DNA of 64,000 bases from the IMG/VR virus record IMGVR_UViG_3300025897_000009, one strand, 5' to 3'. Numbering within the stretch: the stretch's first letter is position 1; the number at the start of each line of letters is the position of its first letter. This document shows positions 38,301 to 48,571 of the stretch, one piece after another. A program made the position numbers and the translations under genes. Source of the DNA: a virus. The notes below the pieces were generated by a model. It worked only from the letters and a program-made list of their open reading frames with translations. It was not told where the DNA came from and made no database searches.

Positions 38301-38676
38301 ATAATCCCAATTGACCTGCATATCTAGGCAAATTACATGCCCAATATGCAGCACTTGTTTTGTCTTTTTGCTGAGCACATTTATGCCTTGCTGCGAATGA
38401 TTTTCTTGCTGCCTTGTCTTTGAGTTTAATTTTAAGACCAGATGTATCACCCCATGTCACCTTTTTAATGTTGCCTGTAGATGGATCTTTTACATACACA
38501 TAGTATTTCTTCGGACCACCTGCTTTGGGTTTGTTAAGTTCTACATCTTCCCCATCAACCTTTGCTTCGATCATGGGTCTTTCTAAAGGAACTGCTCTGC
38601 CTTCGTATAGAGCATACTCAGGTTTGTCTGTGAAATCATGATCACATTCGCACCGATGTTCCTTAAAAGTTTTCAC
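38275..38676 (-). CDS. Conserved phage protein (DUF6321-like), probable head protein
   Basis: MKTFKEH start; KKYYVYVKDP..KV.WGD..RKSFAARHKC..YWAC. Confidence 0.65.
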   Translation of the reverse strand: MKTFKEHRCECDHDFTDKPEYALYEGRAVPLERPMIEAKVDGEDVELNKPKAGGPKKYYVYVKDPSTGNIKKVTWGDTSGLKIKLKDKAARKSFAARHKCAQQKDKTSAAYWACNLPRYAGQLGLSGGGNFYW

Positions 38677-38924
38677 TAAACTGCTCCTTTACCATTCCAT
38701 TGGACGATGCCATTCATCTTCCATTTGTTTTTCTTAGCAACTGAAATAGGCACAATTGCTTTATCTTTCATGTTGCCAGATTTAACCCATATAGATTTCT
38801 TTGCTTGTTGTGCTTCTTTTTTATCTGGCACACCTTTAACTATTTTCCACATGTCACCATTGACTCTAGTCATAACGATAAATGCTTCTTCTAGTTCTTG
38901 TTTATGTTCTAAAAATGTTTTCAT
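38676..38924 (-). CDS. Probable internal head protein
   Basis: MKTFLEHKQELEE start. Confidence 0.55.
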   Translation of the reverse strand: MKTFLEHKQELEEAFIVMTRVNGDMWKIVKGVPDKKEAQQAKKSIWVKSGNMKDKAIVPISVAKKNKWKMNGIVQWNGKGAV

Positions 38925-40099
38925 TCTTCAAATCCTTTGAAATTAAAAAATGCATTGGACTTACCCTGCGCACTCTTTCCACCTGTGTCGGTGAATGTTA
39001 AATTACCAGAAAAGAAGGGACTTCCATCTGGTGATAAAAATATAATATTCGCATTATTAGTTCCTTCGTTATGCTTAACTGTAAGCAAGAAGTCTCCTTT
39101 TACATTATCAATCAATTCTTTCATCTTTGCACTAGTCCTTGAACTAATGACTGTTTGTTTCTTTTCGTCTTTACCTATCGCAGCATAGAAGTCATCACTT
39201 CCATCCAACCCAAGTAAGAAAAGCATTCTATTGTTGATCTCTTTCTTATGACTCATATAGTATGTATCAAAGATTTCAACTATGAGTTGAATCACTGATC
39301 GATGTGATGATTTTGCTACTGCTCTTGCCTCTTCTTTACTCTTACCTTGTTTCATGTAATTAGGTATGATGTTTTGCAAGTCAGTTAATTGCTGTATCTG
39401 TGAACGAGAACCAAAGTCTTTCGCAAATTGTTCTATAAAATCTGGTGTACTGCGTTCTGCTTTACCTGTATCATAGAACAAAGTTTTTAAGAACGATATG
39501 TAAGTTGAATTTGCCAAATTGATGTTGCTGGTCTTATATGACTTTAGAGATGCGTGTATCTCGTCTACAACTTGTTTCTCATTCTTCTTAGTGACTGTGA
39601 TCACCAAATCTGCTTTGGTTGTTCCTTTACCACTGTCACCTGTTAATTCTATTTCAAACTCTAAGAATTTGTAATCTAATGCTGTTTGTACATCAGCAAA
39701 GATAGCATCAGCCATTGCTTTACCTGCTGCCATTTGTCTTTTAATATCTTTTTGTTCTGAAGGATTTAACAGTTTTTTAAGTTTTGCTGTATCACTTTTA
39801 AGTTCTGCTTTCAATGCAGGCAATTTAGTTCTTATGCCTAAAGATGCTGGCGAGTTCTCTATGTTCTTTGCTAATTCAACTGCTGTCACGATCTCTGAAA
39901 AGTATCCCAGCAATGACTTAGCATCTACACCTTCTGACACTGTCTTAGGTAGAGTGACAGGAATACGAACTCTTTGACCAAACTGAATCTTAGAGAATAC
40001 TTTTTTAAAGATAGATTTAACTTTCTTTAGTCCTCGTTGAATCAGACCTCGTATATTGAGTTCTTCTATTTGAGTAGTGTGTTCTAAAAAACTTTTCAT
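38921..40099 (-). CDS. Probable packaged protein, possibly PD-(D/E)XK-like fold
   Basis: MKSFLEH..IEE start; KADL..ASLK motif. Confidence 0.55.
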   Translation of the reverse strand: MKSFLEHTTQIEELNIRGLIQRGLKKVKSIFKKVFSKIQFGQRVRIPVTLPKTVSEGVDAKSLLGYFSEIVTAVELAKNIENSPASLGIRTKLPALKAELKSDTAKLKKLLNPSEQKDIKRQMAAGKAMADAIFADVQTALDYKFLEFEIELTGDSGKGTTKADLVITVTKKNEKQVVDEIHASLKSYKTSNINLANSTYISFLKTLFYDTGKAERSTPDFIEQFAKDFGSRSQIQQLTDLQNIIPNYMKQGKSKEEARAVAKSSHRSVIQLIVEIFDTYYMSHKKEINNRMLFLLGLDGSDDFYAAIGKDEKKQTVISSRTSAKMKELIDNVKGDFLLTVKHNEGTNNANIIFLSPDGSPFFSGNLTFTDTGGKSAQGKSNAFFNFKGFEE

Positions 40100-40103
40100 T
40101 ATA

Positions 40104-40328
40104 TTATGATTGTCTTACAAACATGTTTCCAGATGAGTTAAAATAAAAATCTCCGACTCCTACACCACCTGATGCAGCAGCAGAGTCATTAGAAAAAGGA
40201 CCTGGAATGTTAAAGTTTTGTCCCTCTATAATTTGAGTAATTGTAGTGGAGTTATCTATTGTTTGTTCAATCGTTTTCTTATCTGTTTGATCCAACCTAC
40301 CTGTAAAGATGTTAAAAGTCCAAGACAT
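40104..40328 (-). CDS. Small virion-type protein
   Basis: FNIFTG.LD; F.NDSAAA.GGV.VG..Y motif. Confidence 0.55.
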   Translation of the reverse strand: MSWTFNIFTGRLDQTDKKTIEQTIDNSTTITQIIEGQNFNIPGPFSNDSAAASGGVGVGDFYFNSSGNMFVRQS

Positions 40329-40540
40329 TATACTGTCCTCTCAACTGTCAATAGATTGTTAGACACATCATAAGTCATCACTATTGTGGCAACGATAGTA
40401 CCACTAGAACCACCCAATCTGTAATCAACCTGTGTTAGGTTATCACTTACATCATAGGTGTTTGAGATGTAGTCATATGCTGGTATCCCCATCGGATTGG
40501 CGATATAGTTTTCTTCTCCGAATTTTTTTGTTCCTGCCAT
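40328..40540 (-). CDS. Small virion-type protein
   Basis: YDYI..TY...NLT.V.Y..GG..G..VAT..MTYD..NNL. Confidence 0.55.
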   Translation of the reverse strand: MAGTKKFGEENYIANPMGIPAYDYISNTYDVSDNLTQVDYRLGGSSGTIVATIVMTYDVSNNLLTVERTV

Positions 40541-40543
40541 GTT

Positions 40544-42214
40544 TTAAATACTTTTTAGTACTCCTCTGTTGTTCTTATAAACTGTATATTGGCCACCATC
40601 TTTATCAACTTTGTTTGCTTTATTAGCATAGTTGATAGCATCTTTTTGCATATTGGCACCGAACACTAACTTCTCTTTTTCCTTTCTCTTTTTGTTTTGA
40701 TAAGATACAACAAAGTTATTTTTTGAAAATTGTCTAGGATCCATGCTTTCGTTTGCTTGTCCTGGAGTATCTTTAGAATACACTTGTCTAATTCTGTCAG
40801 TACCAAGTTCTAGATAAGAGTCATTACAATTACCATCACCAAGATTGTATTTGGGTTCTTCGTTCTTTTGCTTTTTCTTTTTAGCAATAGCAATTGCTGC
40901 TTGCTGTGCAGGGTTTGCTGCCTCTGACCACCAATCTTTGAATAGTGCGAAAGACTCATTCTTTTGTCCTTCTCTAAACTTTTTCAGTCTTTGCATTTCT
41001 TGCTTTCTTACAGCAGGAAGTAATCTCTTAGAAAGTTTTTTAATAGCACCTTTCTTCTTTTCAAGTTTCTTGGCAATATTAACTTTTTGTGAAATAGAAA
41101 GATCTGCCATGCTTAAACTACCCAGCATTCTTTTTGCTATTCTAGTTCTTGCTGCTCTCATTGCTTTCATTTGCAACTCATTAGCATTTTTCATTCTTCT
41201 CTTTTTTCTTGCTGCGGATCTTGCTCTTTTCTTAGCAGTTCTTCTAGCAATTTGACCTCTCTTCATTCGTTGCTGAACAGAGAGTGCTTCTTCTATGCTG
41301 TTAAAGGGTTCAAAATCTTCGCCCATAGTAAGACCAGATAATTGCTGAACAATTGTTTGTAATTGAGGTGTTGGGATTGATGCCAAAACCTCAAGTTGCT
41401 TTTTTGAAAGACCTTTGACCCTAGCAAACATCTTTTTGATATCTACTTTTTTTTGTTCTGGTAGATTATCATCTACAGTACCATAAGTTTCACAAGGTGT
41501 ATTGCCACAACCACAGTTCTTTTCTTCAGTCTGTGCTCGTTTTTCTCTTTCTGCTCTTTGTCTAGAAGTTTCTTTGTCTTTAAGCATATCCAGTTTTTTC
41601 TTAGAATCTGCTCTTGCCTTTGCTATCTTATCTTTTTGCATTTCTGCAGATTTTCTCATATTAGCAAGGTTGCGTTCTCTTTCTCTTTTGACTCGTTCTT
41701 TATGTGCTTTTTCTTTTGGATCTTCTTCTGCTTCTTCTTCGACTTCAGTCTCTTCTTTTCTACCCTTTTGATATTTCTTAATAGAGTCTTTTGCAGACTT
41801 CATCATTGCTTTTTGATGTGCCTTTTGTTGAGATTTAGTTTTATCTCTTAATATATCTGCAAGTCTTTTTTCTGTGACTTCTTCTTCTGCTTCTTCTGGT
41901 ACACAGTTGGGAACCATCTTGTCCCCTTTCTTTTTCATACCTTCTTTTTTGTATCCATTCCAGCAATCTTCATTGAACTGAGAGAAAGTCTTTTTATGTT
42001 CTACATGATCTCTTAAATCTTTATCTGCTGTGTTGTATGTTTTACCTTTAGTGATGTAAGAATTTACTCTAGCAAATGCCCATTGTTGTGGTGTAGTTCC
42101 AGGTCTATGCCCTGTTTTCCATGCTGCCATACCTCTATCATACACTTTCTTCAGTGTACCATAAGATATTCCAGACTCTTGTGCTTTCTTAACTAATCCT
42201 GCTATCTTTGCCAT
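40544..42214 (-). CDS. Multi-module probable head protein (DUF5824-like domain)
   Basis: KKAQESGISYGTLKKVYDRGMAAW..HRPG..QWAFARVNS; CW.GY...G.K.K..K.VPNCVPE; E.GTD. Confidence 0.65.
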   Translation of the reverse strand: MAKIAGLVKKAQESGISYGTLKKVYDRGMAAWKTGHRPGTTPQQWAFARVNSYITKGKTYNTADKDLRDHVEHKKTFSQFNEDCWNGYKKEGMKKKGDKMVPNCVPEEAEEEVTEKRLADILRDKTKSQQKAHQKAMMKSAKDSIKKYQKGRKEETEVEEEAEEDPKEKAHKERVKRERERNLANMRKSAEMQKDKIAKARADSKKKLDMLKDKETSRQRAEREKRAQTEEKNCGCGNTPCETYGTVDDNLPEQKKVDIKKMFARVKGLSKKQLEVLASIPTPQLQTIVQQLSGLTMGEDFEPFNSIEEALSVQQRMKRGQIARRTAKKRARSAARKKRRMKNANELQMKAMRAARTRIAKRMLGSLSMADLSISQKVNIAKKLEKKKGAIKKLSKRLLPAVRKQEMQRLKKFREGQKNESFALFKDWWSEAANPAQQAAIAIAKKKKQKNEEPKYNLGDGNCNDSYLELGTDRIRQVYSKDTPGQANESMDPRQFSKNNFVVSYQNKKRKEKEKLVFGANMQKDAINYANKANKVDKDGGQYTVYKNNRGVLKSI

Positions 42215-42216
42215 AA

Positions 42217-43500
42217 TTAATCCCTCTGCTCTCTATCTTTTAAACGATCTATAGAATCTCTCATTCTAGATCGCATTCTTTGTAATTGATCTTTATTTCG
42301 ATCTCGTTGTGCTTTGATTCTTGCTCTCTCAGCATCATCTAACTTTTCACCAAACATATCTTTGTACGTCTTAGTGTATTTAGATGGTTTTGTTTTTGCT
42401 TCTTTATCGCCAGGAGCAGGTTTGTAAGCAGATGCGTCATCATCAGATTTCTTTTCATTGCTTTTAAAATGTTTTGCTCTGGTTTCTTTTTCGTCTTTAT
42501 CCATTTTGGTAAAGTATTTTGCTGGTTGTTTACCTTTTACATTTGGAACTGCATCTTCTACGATTTCACCAAGTCCTTTAGTTGTTAACCAAACTCTCGC
42601 ACCTTCTAATTTAGTAACTGCTTTGAGTAAGTTTTCTTTGTTATCGATGGCAACAACTTTTCTATCTTGGATAATAGCATAATGAGGATTCTTAGATCCT
42701 ACTGCATCTTCACCCACTTTGATGGTTTTAACTTCTTGCACTTCTTCAGACACTTTCTTATAACCCATTTGAGTATAAGTTCTCAATTCATAAGAGTTGA
42801 TATATCTTACTGTTCCTTTCTTATTCATGACTTTGATCTTTTTTCCACCTTCGTAAAGATCTTTGTACATATAGTCTGGTAAATCCATTTCATTCCCCTC
42901 TCTTATGCCCATTTTAGATCGGACACTAAAGTATAATTTTTTGATGTCTGCTTCTTTGGCAGTACTTGGTACTGCTTTTTTGAATTCCTCGTATTCTCCA
43001 TCACTGGCGATTTGTCTTGCTTTACTTGCTGACATACCAGATGCACCTTCTGCGTCTGGATCTCTTTCACCAGCACTGATCACATTAATAGTTTCAAAAT
43101 CGTATCTACCATGTCTTGCTGTTTTGCCATTGTACATGTTTAGTAGTTTTTTAAACTCGTTGACCCTATCACTCCCCACAATCATAGAGATATCAGTGTA
43201 TCCCTGATCATTTAATTGAACAAGAATATCAAATACATTTCTAACTGGTTTGGTTGGGAATTTAACTTTACGTCCAAAGAACTTCTTAAGATACATCATC
43301 TTAATCTTGTAATCTAAAGGGTTCTTTTTGGGGTCTTGTGACTTGGATGAATAGACTAGAGGGTCTGCTCCAAGTGTTTTTGATTTGGCTGATATTTTTT
43401 GTATGAGTTTCTCGTGCCCACTCGTAGGAGGGTTAAACCTACCAAAAGTGAATACTGCACTCTTGGATTTTGCTTCAGTAATATCGCCAATAGTCTTCAT
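42217..43500 (-). CDS. Cytidyltransferase-like (HxGH nucleotidyltransferase) protein with C-terminal extension
   Basis: FTFGRFNPPTSGHEKL, KNPL, VGSDRV, SAGERDPDA.G..GMSASK. Confidence 0.85.
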   Translation of the reverse strand: MKTIGDITEAKSKSAVFTFGRFNPPTSGHEKLIQKISAKSKTLGADPLVYSSKSQDPKKNPLDYKIKMMYLKKFFGRKVKFPTKPVRNVFDILVQLNDQGYTDISMIVGSDRVNEFKKLLNMYNGKTARHGRYDFETINVISAGERDPDAEGASGMSASKARQIASDGEYEEFKKAVPSTAKEADIKKLYFSVRSKMGIREGNEMDLPDYMYKDLYEGGKKIKVMNKKGTVRYINSYELRTYTQMGYKKVSEEVQEVKTIKVGEDAVGSKNPHYAIIQDRKVVAIDNKENLLKAVTKLEGARVWLTTKGLGEIVEDAVPNVKGKQPAKYFTKMDKDEKETRAKHFKSNEKKSDDDASAYKPAPGDKEAKTKPSKYTKTYKDMFGEKLDDAERARIKAQRDRNKDQLQRMRSRMRDSIDRLKDREQRD

Positions 43501-43508
43501 GGTAAGAC

Positions 43509-43516
43509 TATTTATA
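43509..43516 (-). promoter_or_regulatory. T4-type late promoter TATAAATA
   Basis: Exact consensus 8 nt before ATG. Confidence 0.7.
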
Positions 43517-43528
43517 ACTTTTTGGTTC

Positions 43529-44458
43529 TTACTCTTCTTTGATATCTTCGAAGTGATCTGGATGTTCCTCCATACTTGTCAACAAGTGGAATAATGGACT
43601 GTCTGATCGACGTCCAACAAACTTATTTTCATTGACTTTTATATGGATCATTTCCTCTATTAAAATACTTTCCATCTCTTCGATAAATCTAGGAGTTATT
43701 GCCTCTGCTAAAGCATCGTACATTGCTCCTTTGGAAGGGTTTTGCTTGTAATCTATGTGCTCATTGATCTCATCGATAATGCCTTCTCTTTTCAGATTCT
43801 TTACATTATCAATAATAACATCAGAACTATTCTCTTCTCGAGAAGTATCGAAAGGTAAAAGGTGATCAACTGTATCATAAATAGACTTTTCTTTGTAGAA
43901 TTCTCTACACAGTATCCAACAATGAGATGCGAATTGCCCACTCTTATTAGGTAAGATAATTCTATCTAAGTTTCCTTGCCAAAAATGATGTATTAAAGAT
44001 GAAAACATATTTGCCATTTTAGGTATCTTATCATTGTAATCTATCGTTTCATCACAGGCATAGTTTTGTAGCATGGTCACAGATGAATGATCTAGTTCTG
44101 TAAACAACCCACTAATAAATCTAGATACAGGATGTCGTACAGTCATGTAAGAAGTATATCCTTCTAAATTAAGGCAATATGTTAATGGTTTGATAAACTT
44201 TTTTTCATCATTATCTGCTTCCATCCATGTCTCTGGTTTATCTCCCCAGATCAACCTGTAGAAATCACAAGTGCTGTAATCATCGGTTAGATGATCATCT
44301 GGATTTATTATGTGTTCTTTTTTTGTGATTAATGTATATCCATTATCTAAGAGCAGGTGTTTGATTGTTGAGTGTCCTGACTTTACAGGTGTGTACATGA
44401 CTATCTTTTTGTCATGGTTAACATAGGTTGGAATTTCTTCCCATATCACGTGTTTCAT
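43529..44458 (-). CDS. Sulfotransferase family 2-like protein
   Basis: PVKSGHSTIK and VRHPVSRFISG motifs. Confidence 0.72.
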   Translation of the reverse strand: MKHVIWEEIPTYVNHDKKIVMYTPVKSGHSTIKHLLLDNGYTLITKKEHIINPDDHLTDDYSTCDFYRLIWGDKPETWMEADNDEKKFIKPLTYCLNLEGYTSYMTVRHPVSRFISGLFTELDHSSVTMLQNYACDETIDYNDKIPKMANMFSSLIHHFWQGNLDRIILPNKSGQFASHCWILCREFYKEKSIYDTVDHLLPFDTSREENSSDVIIDNVKNLKREGIIDEINEHIDYKQNPSKGAMYDALAEAITPRFIEEMESILIEEMIHIKVNENKFVGRRSDSPLFHLLTSMEEHPDHFEDIKEE

Positions 44459-44461
44459 AAT

Positions 44462-45667
44462 TTACTTGTCCCAGTTCTTCTGAACTGTAAAATTGTTAAA
44501 TGAAAATTCTAATCTATCTACAAGTTTTACTGCCGATCCTTTTCGATCAATAGCAACATAACCTTCTGGTTCTGTGACTCTAAATCCTTTATCGGTTTTA
44601 GTAAATGTGCCGATAGACTTTAGTTTGTTAAGATGTTTGATTATAGCACTCTTGCCATCCACTAAATGTTTTTGGAAAGTTGCTATGGCATCTATTGTAG
44701 TTCGTAATCCTTTGAGTTCTCTTACCAACTGCTGTCCGATCTCTTCTTTGATCTTTCTATTCTTTTCAGTTTTAAGTTTTGCGACTACTTTTTCTGCCCA
44801 ATACTTCTCTACATAATTTATATATTCCTGCGCAGATGGATTGAATCTTTGTTCTCTAATAATAGAGTTAATGTAAGTCTTATAAGATGCACCAATCTGT
44901 CCTTTTGATGCATAGGTAGATTGAAGTTGTAGAAACTTCTTGACATCATTGCCTTTCATTTTCTTAAATGCTTTACCAGCATTGCTAAGAGCATTACGAA
45001 CTTGTAAGGATAGTTTGGCAGGCATGGTTGAATTACCACTCACATCTCTATAAGTAGCATCTTGTGCCCATACATATTTTGATTTTTTGAACTTGCTGAT
45101 TGACACACCAAAGGATGCTGACATATCTTGTAATGTTTTACCTTTGTATTCAGTATGCCAAACAATACCTATCTTAGATGCTTTGATGATATTACCAATA
45201 TCAGAATCGACTGGTACAGAATATGTGATGGCATTTGGAGTGAAAATATAAGATTTTACACCATCCATACCCTGTACACTTACATCGTCGGTGAACAATA
45301 AGTCACCTTGGAAGATGCCAGACTTTGGCATCGTGTCTTTAAGATACATGAAAGCAGTTTCAAACTTCTTCTTGAGACCATCGCTCAGTTCGTTTGCTGA
45401 TCTAATCTCTGGTACACTTCTATAGAATAAAGGTGTAGCATTGAACAGACTCTTCTTTGCTATAAAGAATTCATTTGTTTCTGGATGATAACCTGCAAAG
45501 ATTGCTGGTGCACCATCCCACTTAACTGTCATGTTGTAGGATCCTTTGGCATTACCATTCAGCATTTTATGTAGTTCGATTAAGAACAAAATGCTACCTC
45601 TGGCTCCTACAAAACCAGAGTTTAAGATTTCATCTTCTAAATGTTCGAGATGTAGATTCTTCGCCAT
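44462..45667 (-). CDS. Conserved T4-like protein (DUF6267-like)
   Basis: KNLHLEHLED, TVKWDGAPAIF, QGDLLF, FTPN.ITY, EGYVA..VKLVDRLEFS..NF. Confidence 0.8.
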   Translation of the reverse strand: MAKNLHLEHLEDEILNSGFVGARGSILFLIELHKMLNGNAKGSYNMTVKWDGAPAIFAGYHPETNEFFIAKKSLFNATPLFYRSVPEIRSANELSDGLKKKFETAFMYLKDTMPKSGIFQGDLLFTDDVSVQGMDGVKSYIFTPNAITYSVPVDSDIGNIIKASKIGIVWHTEYKGKTLQDMSASFGVSISKFKKSKYVWAQDATYRDVSGNSTMPAKLSLQVRNALSNAGKAFKKMKGNDVKKFLQLQSTYASKGQIGASYKTYINSIIREQRFNPSAQEYINYVEKYWAEKVVAKLKTEKNRKIKEEIGQQLVRELKGLRTTIDAIATFQKHLVDGKSAIIKHLNKLKSIGTFTKTDKGFRVTEPEGYVAIDRKGSAVKLVDRLEFSFNNFTVQKNWDK

Positions 45668-45675
45668 AAGACTAT

Positions 45676-45849
45676 TTATTTCTTAATGGTTTTAGTTGAG
45701 ATGGTTTTTTCGATTTTGCCAATCTTTACCATCAGTTCGTCTGCCTCGTCTTGTTTGCCTTCTTTTTTATAAACAATTAGTTGCTTCTTAAGAGCAACTT
45801 TCTCTTGTAAAAGATCTATTAATTTAGTTGGTTTCAATATTCTGTTCAT
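45676..45849 (-). CDS. Small protein (57 aa)
   Basis: Manual translation MNRILKPTKLIDLLQEKVALKK... Confidence 0.55.
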   Translation of the reverse strand: MNRILKPTKLIDLLQEKVALKKQLIVYKKEGKQDEADELMVKIGKIEKTISTKTIKK

Positions 45850-46091
45850 GATTCATAAGCAATCTCCAGTCCATATTGGATTGCTTTCCTGCATTTCTCA
45901 GCATTATTTATATCTGTAGCAGCAGTTGTTTTTAGGTCTCTGTATAAAACTCGATACAGATGTTCTACCACTTCTGTGTTTGTAGTAAGAGATCCATTAA
46001 GGATCGCATCTTGGAATCTACCTTGGTTTTGATAATACAGTTGATGCCCCCATTGAATGAGAGCATCGTGATTTGAGTTTAGATCGTACAT
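45846..46091 (-). CDS. Hypothetical protein
   Basis: 81-aa coupled ORF. Confidence 0.6.
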   Translation of the reverse strand: MYDLNSNHDALIQWGHQLYYQNQGRFQDAILNGSLTTNTEVVEHLYRVLYRDLKTTAATDINNAEKCRKAIQYGLEIAYES

Positions 46092-46426
46092 TATCCGAAA
46101 GATACGATTCCGAAACCTTCTTCTAACACAATCAATGTGTGCCCATTAGGTTCTCTGATTAAGTCACCTACAGAAACAGATGATCCGATAGCAACTTCTT
46201 CTATGTCTTCAGCATAGAAATCCCTCATGTTTCCCTTACGAAAAACTTCTTCAGAATAATCTGCTTCGATAAAAAATTTTGTGTAGAACTTTTCTAAGTT
46301 CTTGTAAGCAATTTTACATGCTGTGTTGAAATGATTGGATTCTTCGAGCATGATTGCTTTTCTCATACCCATTTCCCAGTCAGAACCTCTTTCTTCCCGA
46401 TTTACTTGTAACACTTCGTATCTCAT
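46091..46426 (-). CDS. Hypothetical early protein
   Basis: S.SVGD.I....GF C-terminal motif; TAGGAG SD. Confidence 0.6.
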   Translation of the reverse strand: MRYEVLQVNREERGSDWEMGMRKAIMLEESNHFNTACKIAYKNLEKFYTKFFIEADYSEEVFRKGNMRDFYAEDIEEVAIGSSVSVGDLIREPNGHTLIVLEEGFGIVSFG

Positions 46427-46494
46427 ATTCACTCCTAAATGATTTGATTTCCTAGTATCAATAATTGTACTAAAAATTAGGGGGTGTCGTAAAG
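46427..46494 (-). repeat. Early promoter + leader + RBS module, copy B (TTTACG-N18-TACAAT)
   Basis: Near-identical to 25640-25706. Confidence 0.75.
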
Positions 46495-47190
46495 TGGTTT
46501 CTGTCTTAAAAGTTCTTTATATTTGTATGTTTCTGGAGTTAACTTAGCAAGCAAATCAAGCATGCCTAGATCGTTGAATACTCTTTCTGTGATATCGAGT
46601 ATTTGTTTTTTGGTTTGGTTACTGATTCCTTCTGGAGGAGTTGTGTCATGATCTGTCAAAAATTTCTTAAGATTAGGTAATAAGATAATCTGATCAATAT
46701 GATCAACCAAATTAAATGCTGTATCATGATTCAATACTGGATAAAAGATAGACATAAATGTACCATTACGATGTATGGTTTTTGTTAAGAATCGATTCAT
46801 GACTTTATCTGGACCACCTGCTAATTCTATCCATGCTCTTAAAATATTTTCGTATTCTTCAGCAGTTTGTGTTTCATCAACTACAAAATTAGAAAGTCCT
46901 GTTCTCATCTCGTAACAAAAAGCAGAGATAAAGGATTCATCTACAGGTCTCCAAGTCATGTACTTTTTATAGTCTTTATATCTAGGACTCATTGCTTGAA
47001 TCGCATCTTCTATGGGTTCGTATCCCAGATTCTCAATGTTGGTTTTGTGGAAGATCCATCGTCCATTGTTTTTCAATGTATCTGTAAGTAGAGAAGTTCC
47101 ATGTTTAAAATGAGAAATCAAAATCTTCTTTTCAAAATGATTGAAATAAGTATCAATCATCATGTCTCTTAACTCTAAGACTCTACGCAT
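46477..47190 (-). CDS. Divergent sulfotransferase family 2-like protein
   Basis: HFKHGTS and WRPVDESFISA motifs; likely start MRRVL. Confidence 0.5.
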   Translation of the reverse strand: MRRVLELRDMMIDTYFNHFEKKILISHFKHGTSLLTDTLKNNGRWIFHKTNIENLGYEPIEDAIQAMSPRYKDYKKYMTWRPVDESFISAFCYEMRTGLSNFVVDETQTAEEYENILRAWIELAGGPDKVMNRFLTKTIHRNGTFMSIFYPVLNHDTAFNLVDHIDQIILLPNLKKFLTDHDTTPPEGISNQTKKQILDITERVFNDLGMLDLLAKLTPETYKYKELLRQKPLYDTP

Positions 47191-48571
47191 CGTAGTTGAA
47201 CTCCTGGAATTTTTGTACCAAGTTTTTGCCTGCTTTAGTATTATCAAACACAGGTCCATTATCAATCAACTCTTCTTGTGCGTTTTGTTCACAGTCATAA
47301 AGTTTCATTCTACTTCTATCCACACCCATTACAAATCTTTTGTTCATGGTTGGATCATTGTATCGATTCTTTAACTGTTTCACTAGCATTTGATCTAATG
47401 CTTCTAGTTCTTCACTACTAATTAATGCAAACATAAAGTCAGCAGTCGCAGGTAAACCAAAAGATTCTGAAGTATCTGTTAAATCAATATCTGTATTACT
47501 ATATCCAGATCTTGTAGTTTGAGTAGCACTTAACACAGGCACATCATACTCTACTGCTAATCCTCGCAGTTCTTCAGCAATACTCTTCACCAAAGTGTAA
47601 GAGTTAACATTAGATCCTGGACGCACTCTGAATGAAGTACAAATGTTTAGATAATCAATAACAATCAAGTCAGGTTTATAATCTTTCTTTAGATTTAACT
47701 CTTGTAGCAGATGTCTAAAGTGTCCCACATGAGCACCTGCTGTAGGATACTCTTTAATGATCAGTTTGCCTTTAGTCTTTTCTCTTAACCTTTCGATCTT
47801 CTTATCATACATATCCTTTGGTAAGTCAGTCAACTCTCTCATAGGTATGTTGAGTAGATTCGCATCGATTCTTTCAGCAATTCTTTCTTCTGCCATCTCC
47901 ATTGTGATGTACAAAACATTCTTGCCCATCATTAAACAGTTCGCAGCAACATGACCCATGAATAAAGTTTTACCCACACCTGTTCCTGCTAGTGCTATGT
48001 TTAATGTTTTATTAGGCAGACCACCTTTAGTGATCTTGTTAAAGTAATCTAAATCAAAAGGAAGTTTCTCTTCCTCAGTATGATAGAAGTCATATCTCCT
48101 ATCGCTGTCAATCAAAAAGTCATGACCAATGTTAGTGTCAAAAGATACAGACAATGCTTCTTTGAGTAAGTCTGGTATTTCACCTTGCGATCTTTTACCT
48201 TTCTCATCTAAGATTTCAATACTGTCCATAACAGCATTGTAGATAGCACGATCTTTACACCATTTCTCAGTTTGTTCAATTAACCAATCAAGAGGTGTAT
48301 CATCTTTGTCTTTGTAAAGTTTGTCAAGAATGACTTTGGTCAACTTGTAGTCTGCATCATTCATGGATGCACTATCAAGTTCTATGCCCAATGCTTCTAC
48401 TGTAGGAATGGTATTGTACTTGGTGAAGTACTCTCTGATTTGCTCATAGACATACCTTTCGTCTCTTTCTGCGAAGTATTCATCTTGAATGAATGGCAGT
48501 GTTTTCCTAGCAAAGACATCTTCTTTGACTAAGTTTTTCAGTATTACAAACTCTAATCTTTTATCTGACAT
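47183..48571 (-). CDS. 41: Replicative helicase gp41
   Basis: AGTGVGKT, ITMEMAEERIAERIDAN, IKEYPT, IDYLNI, ATQTTR, SESFGLP. Confidence 0.97.
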   Translation of the reverse strand: MSDKRLEFVILKNLVKEDVFARKTLPFIQDEYFAERDERYVYEQIREYFTKYNTIPTVEALGIELDSASMNDADYKLTKVILDKLYKDKDDTPLDWLIEQTEKWCKDRAIYNAVMDSIEILDEKGKRSQGEIPDLLKEALSVSFDTNIGHDFLIDSDRRYDFYHTEEEKLPFDLDYFNKITKGGLPNKTLNIALAGTGVGKTLFMGHVAANCLMMGKNVLYITMEMAEERIAERIDANLLNIPMRELTDLPKDMYDKKIERLREKTKGKLIIKEYPTAGAHVGHFRHLLQELNLKKDYKPDLIVIDYLNICTSFRVRPGSNVNSYTLVKSIAEELRGLAVEYDVPVLSATQTTRSGYSNTDIDLTDTSESFGLPATADFMFALISSEELEALDQMLVKQLKNRYNDPTMNKRFVMGVDRSRMKLYDCEQNAQEELIDNGPVFDNTKAGKNLVQKFQEFNYDA

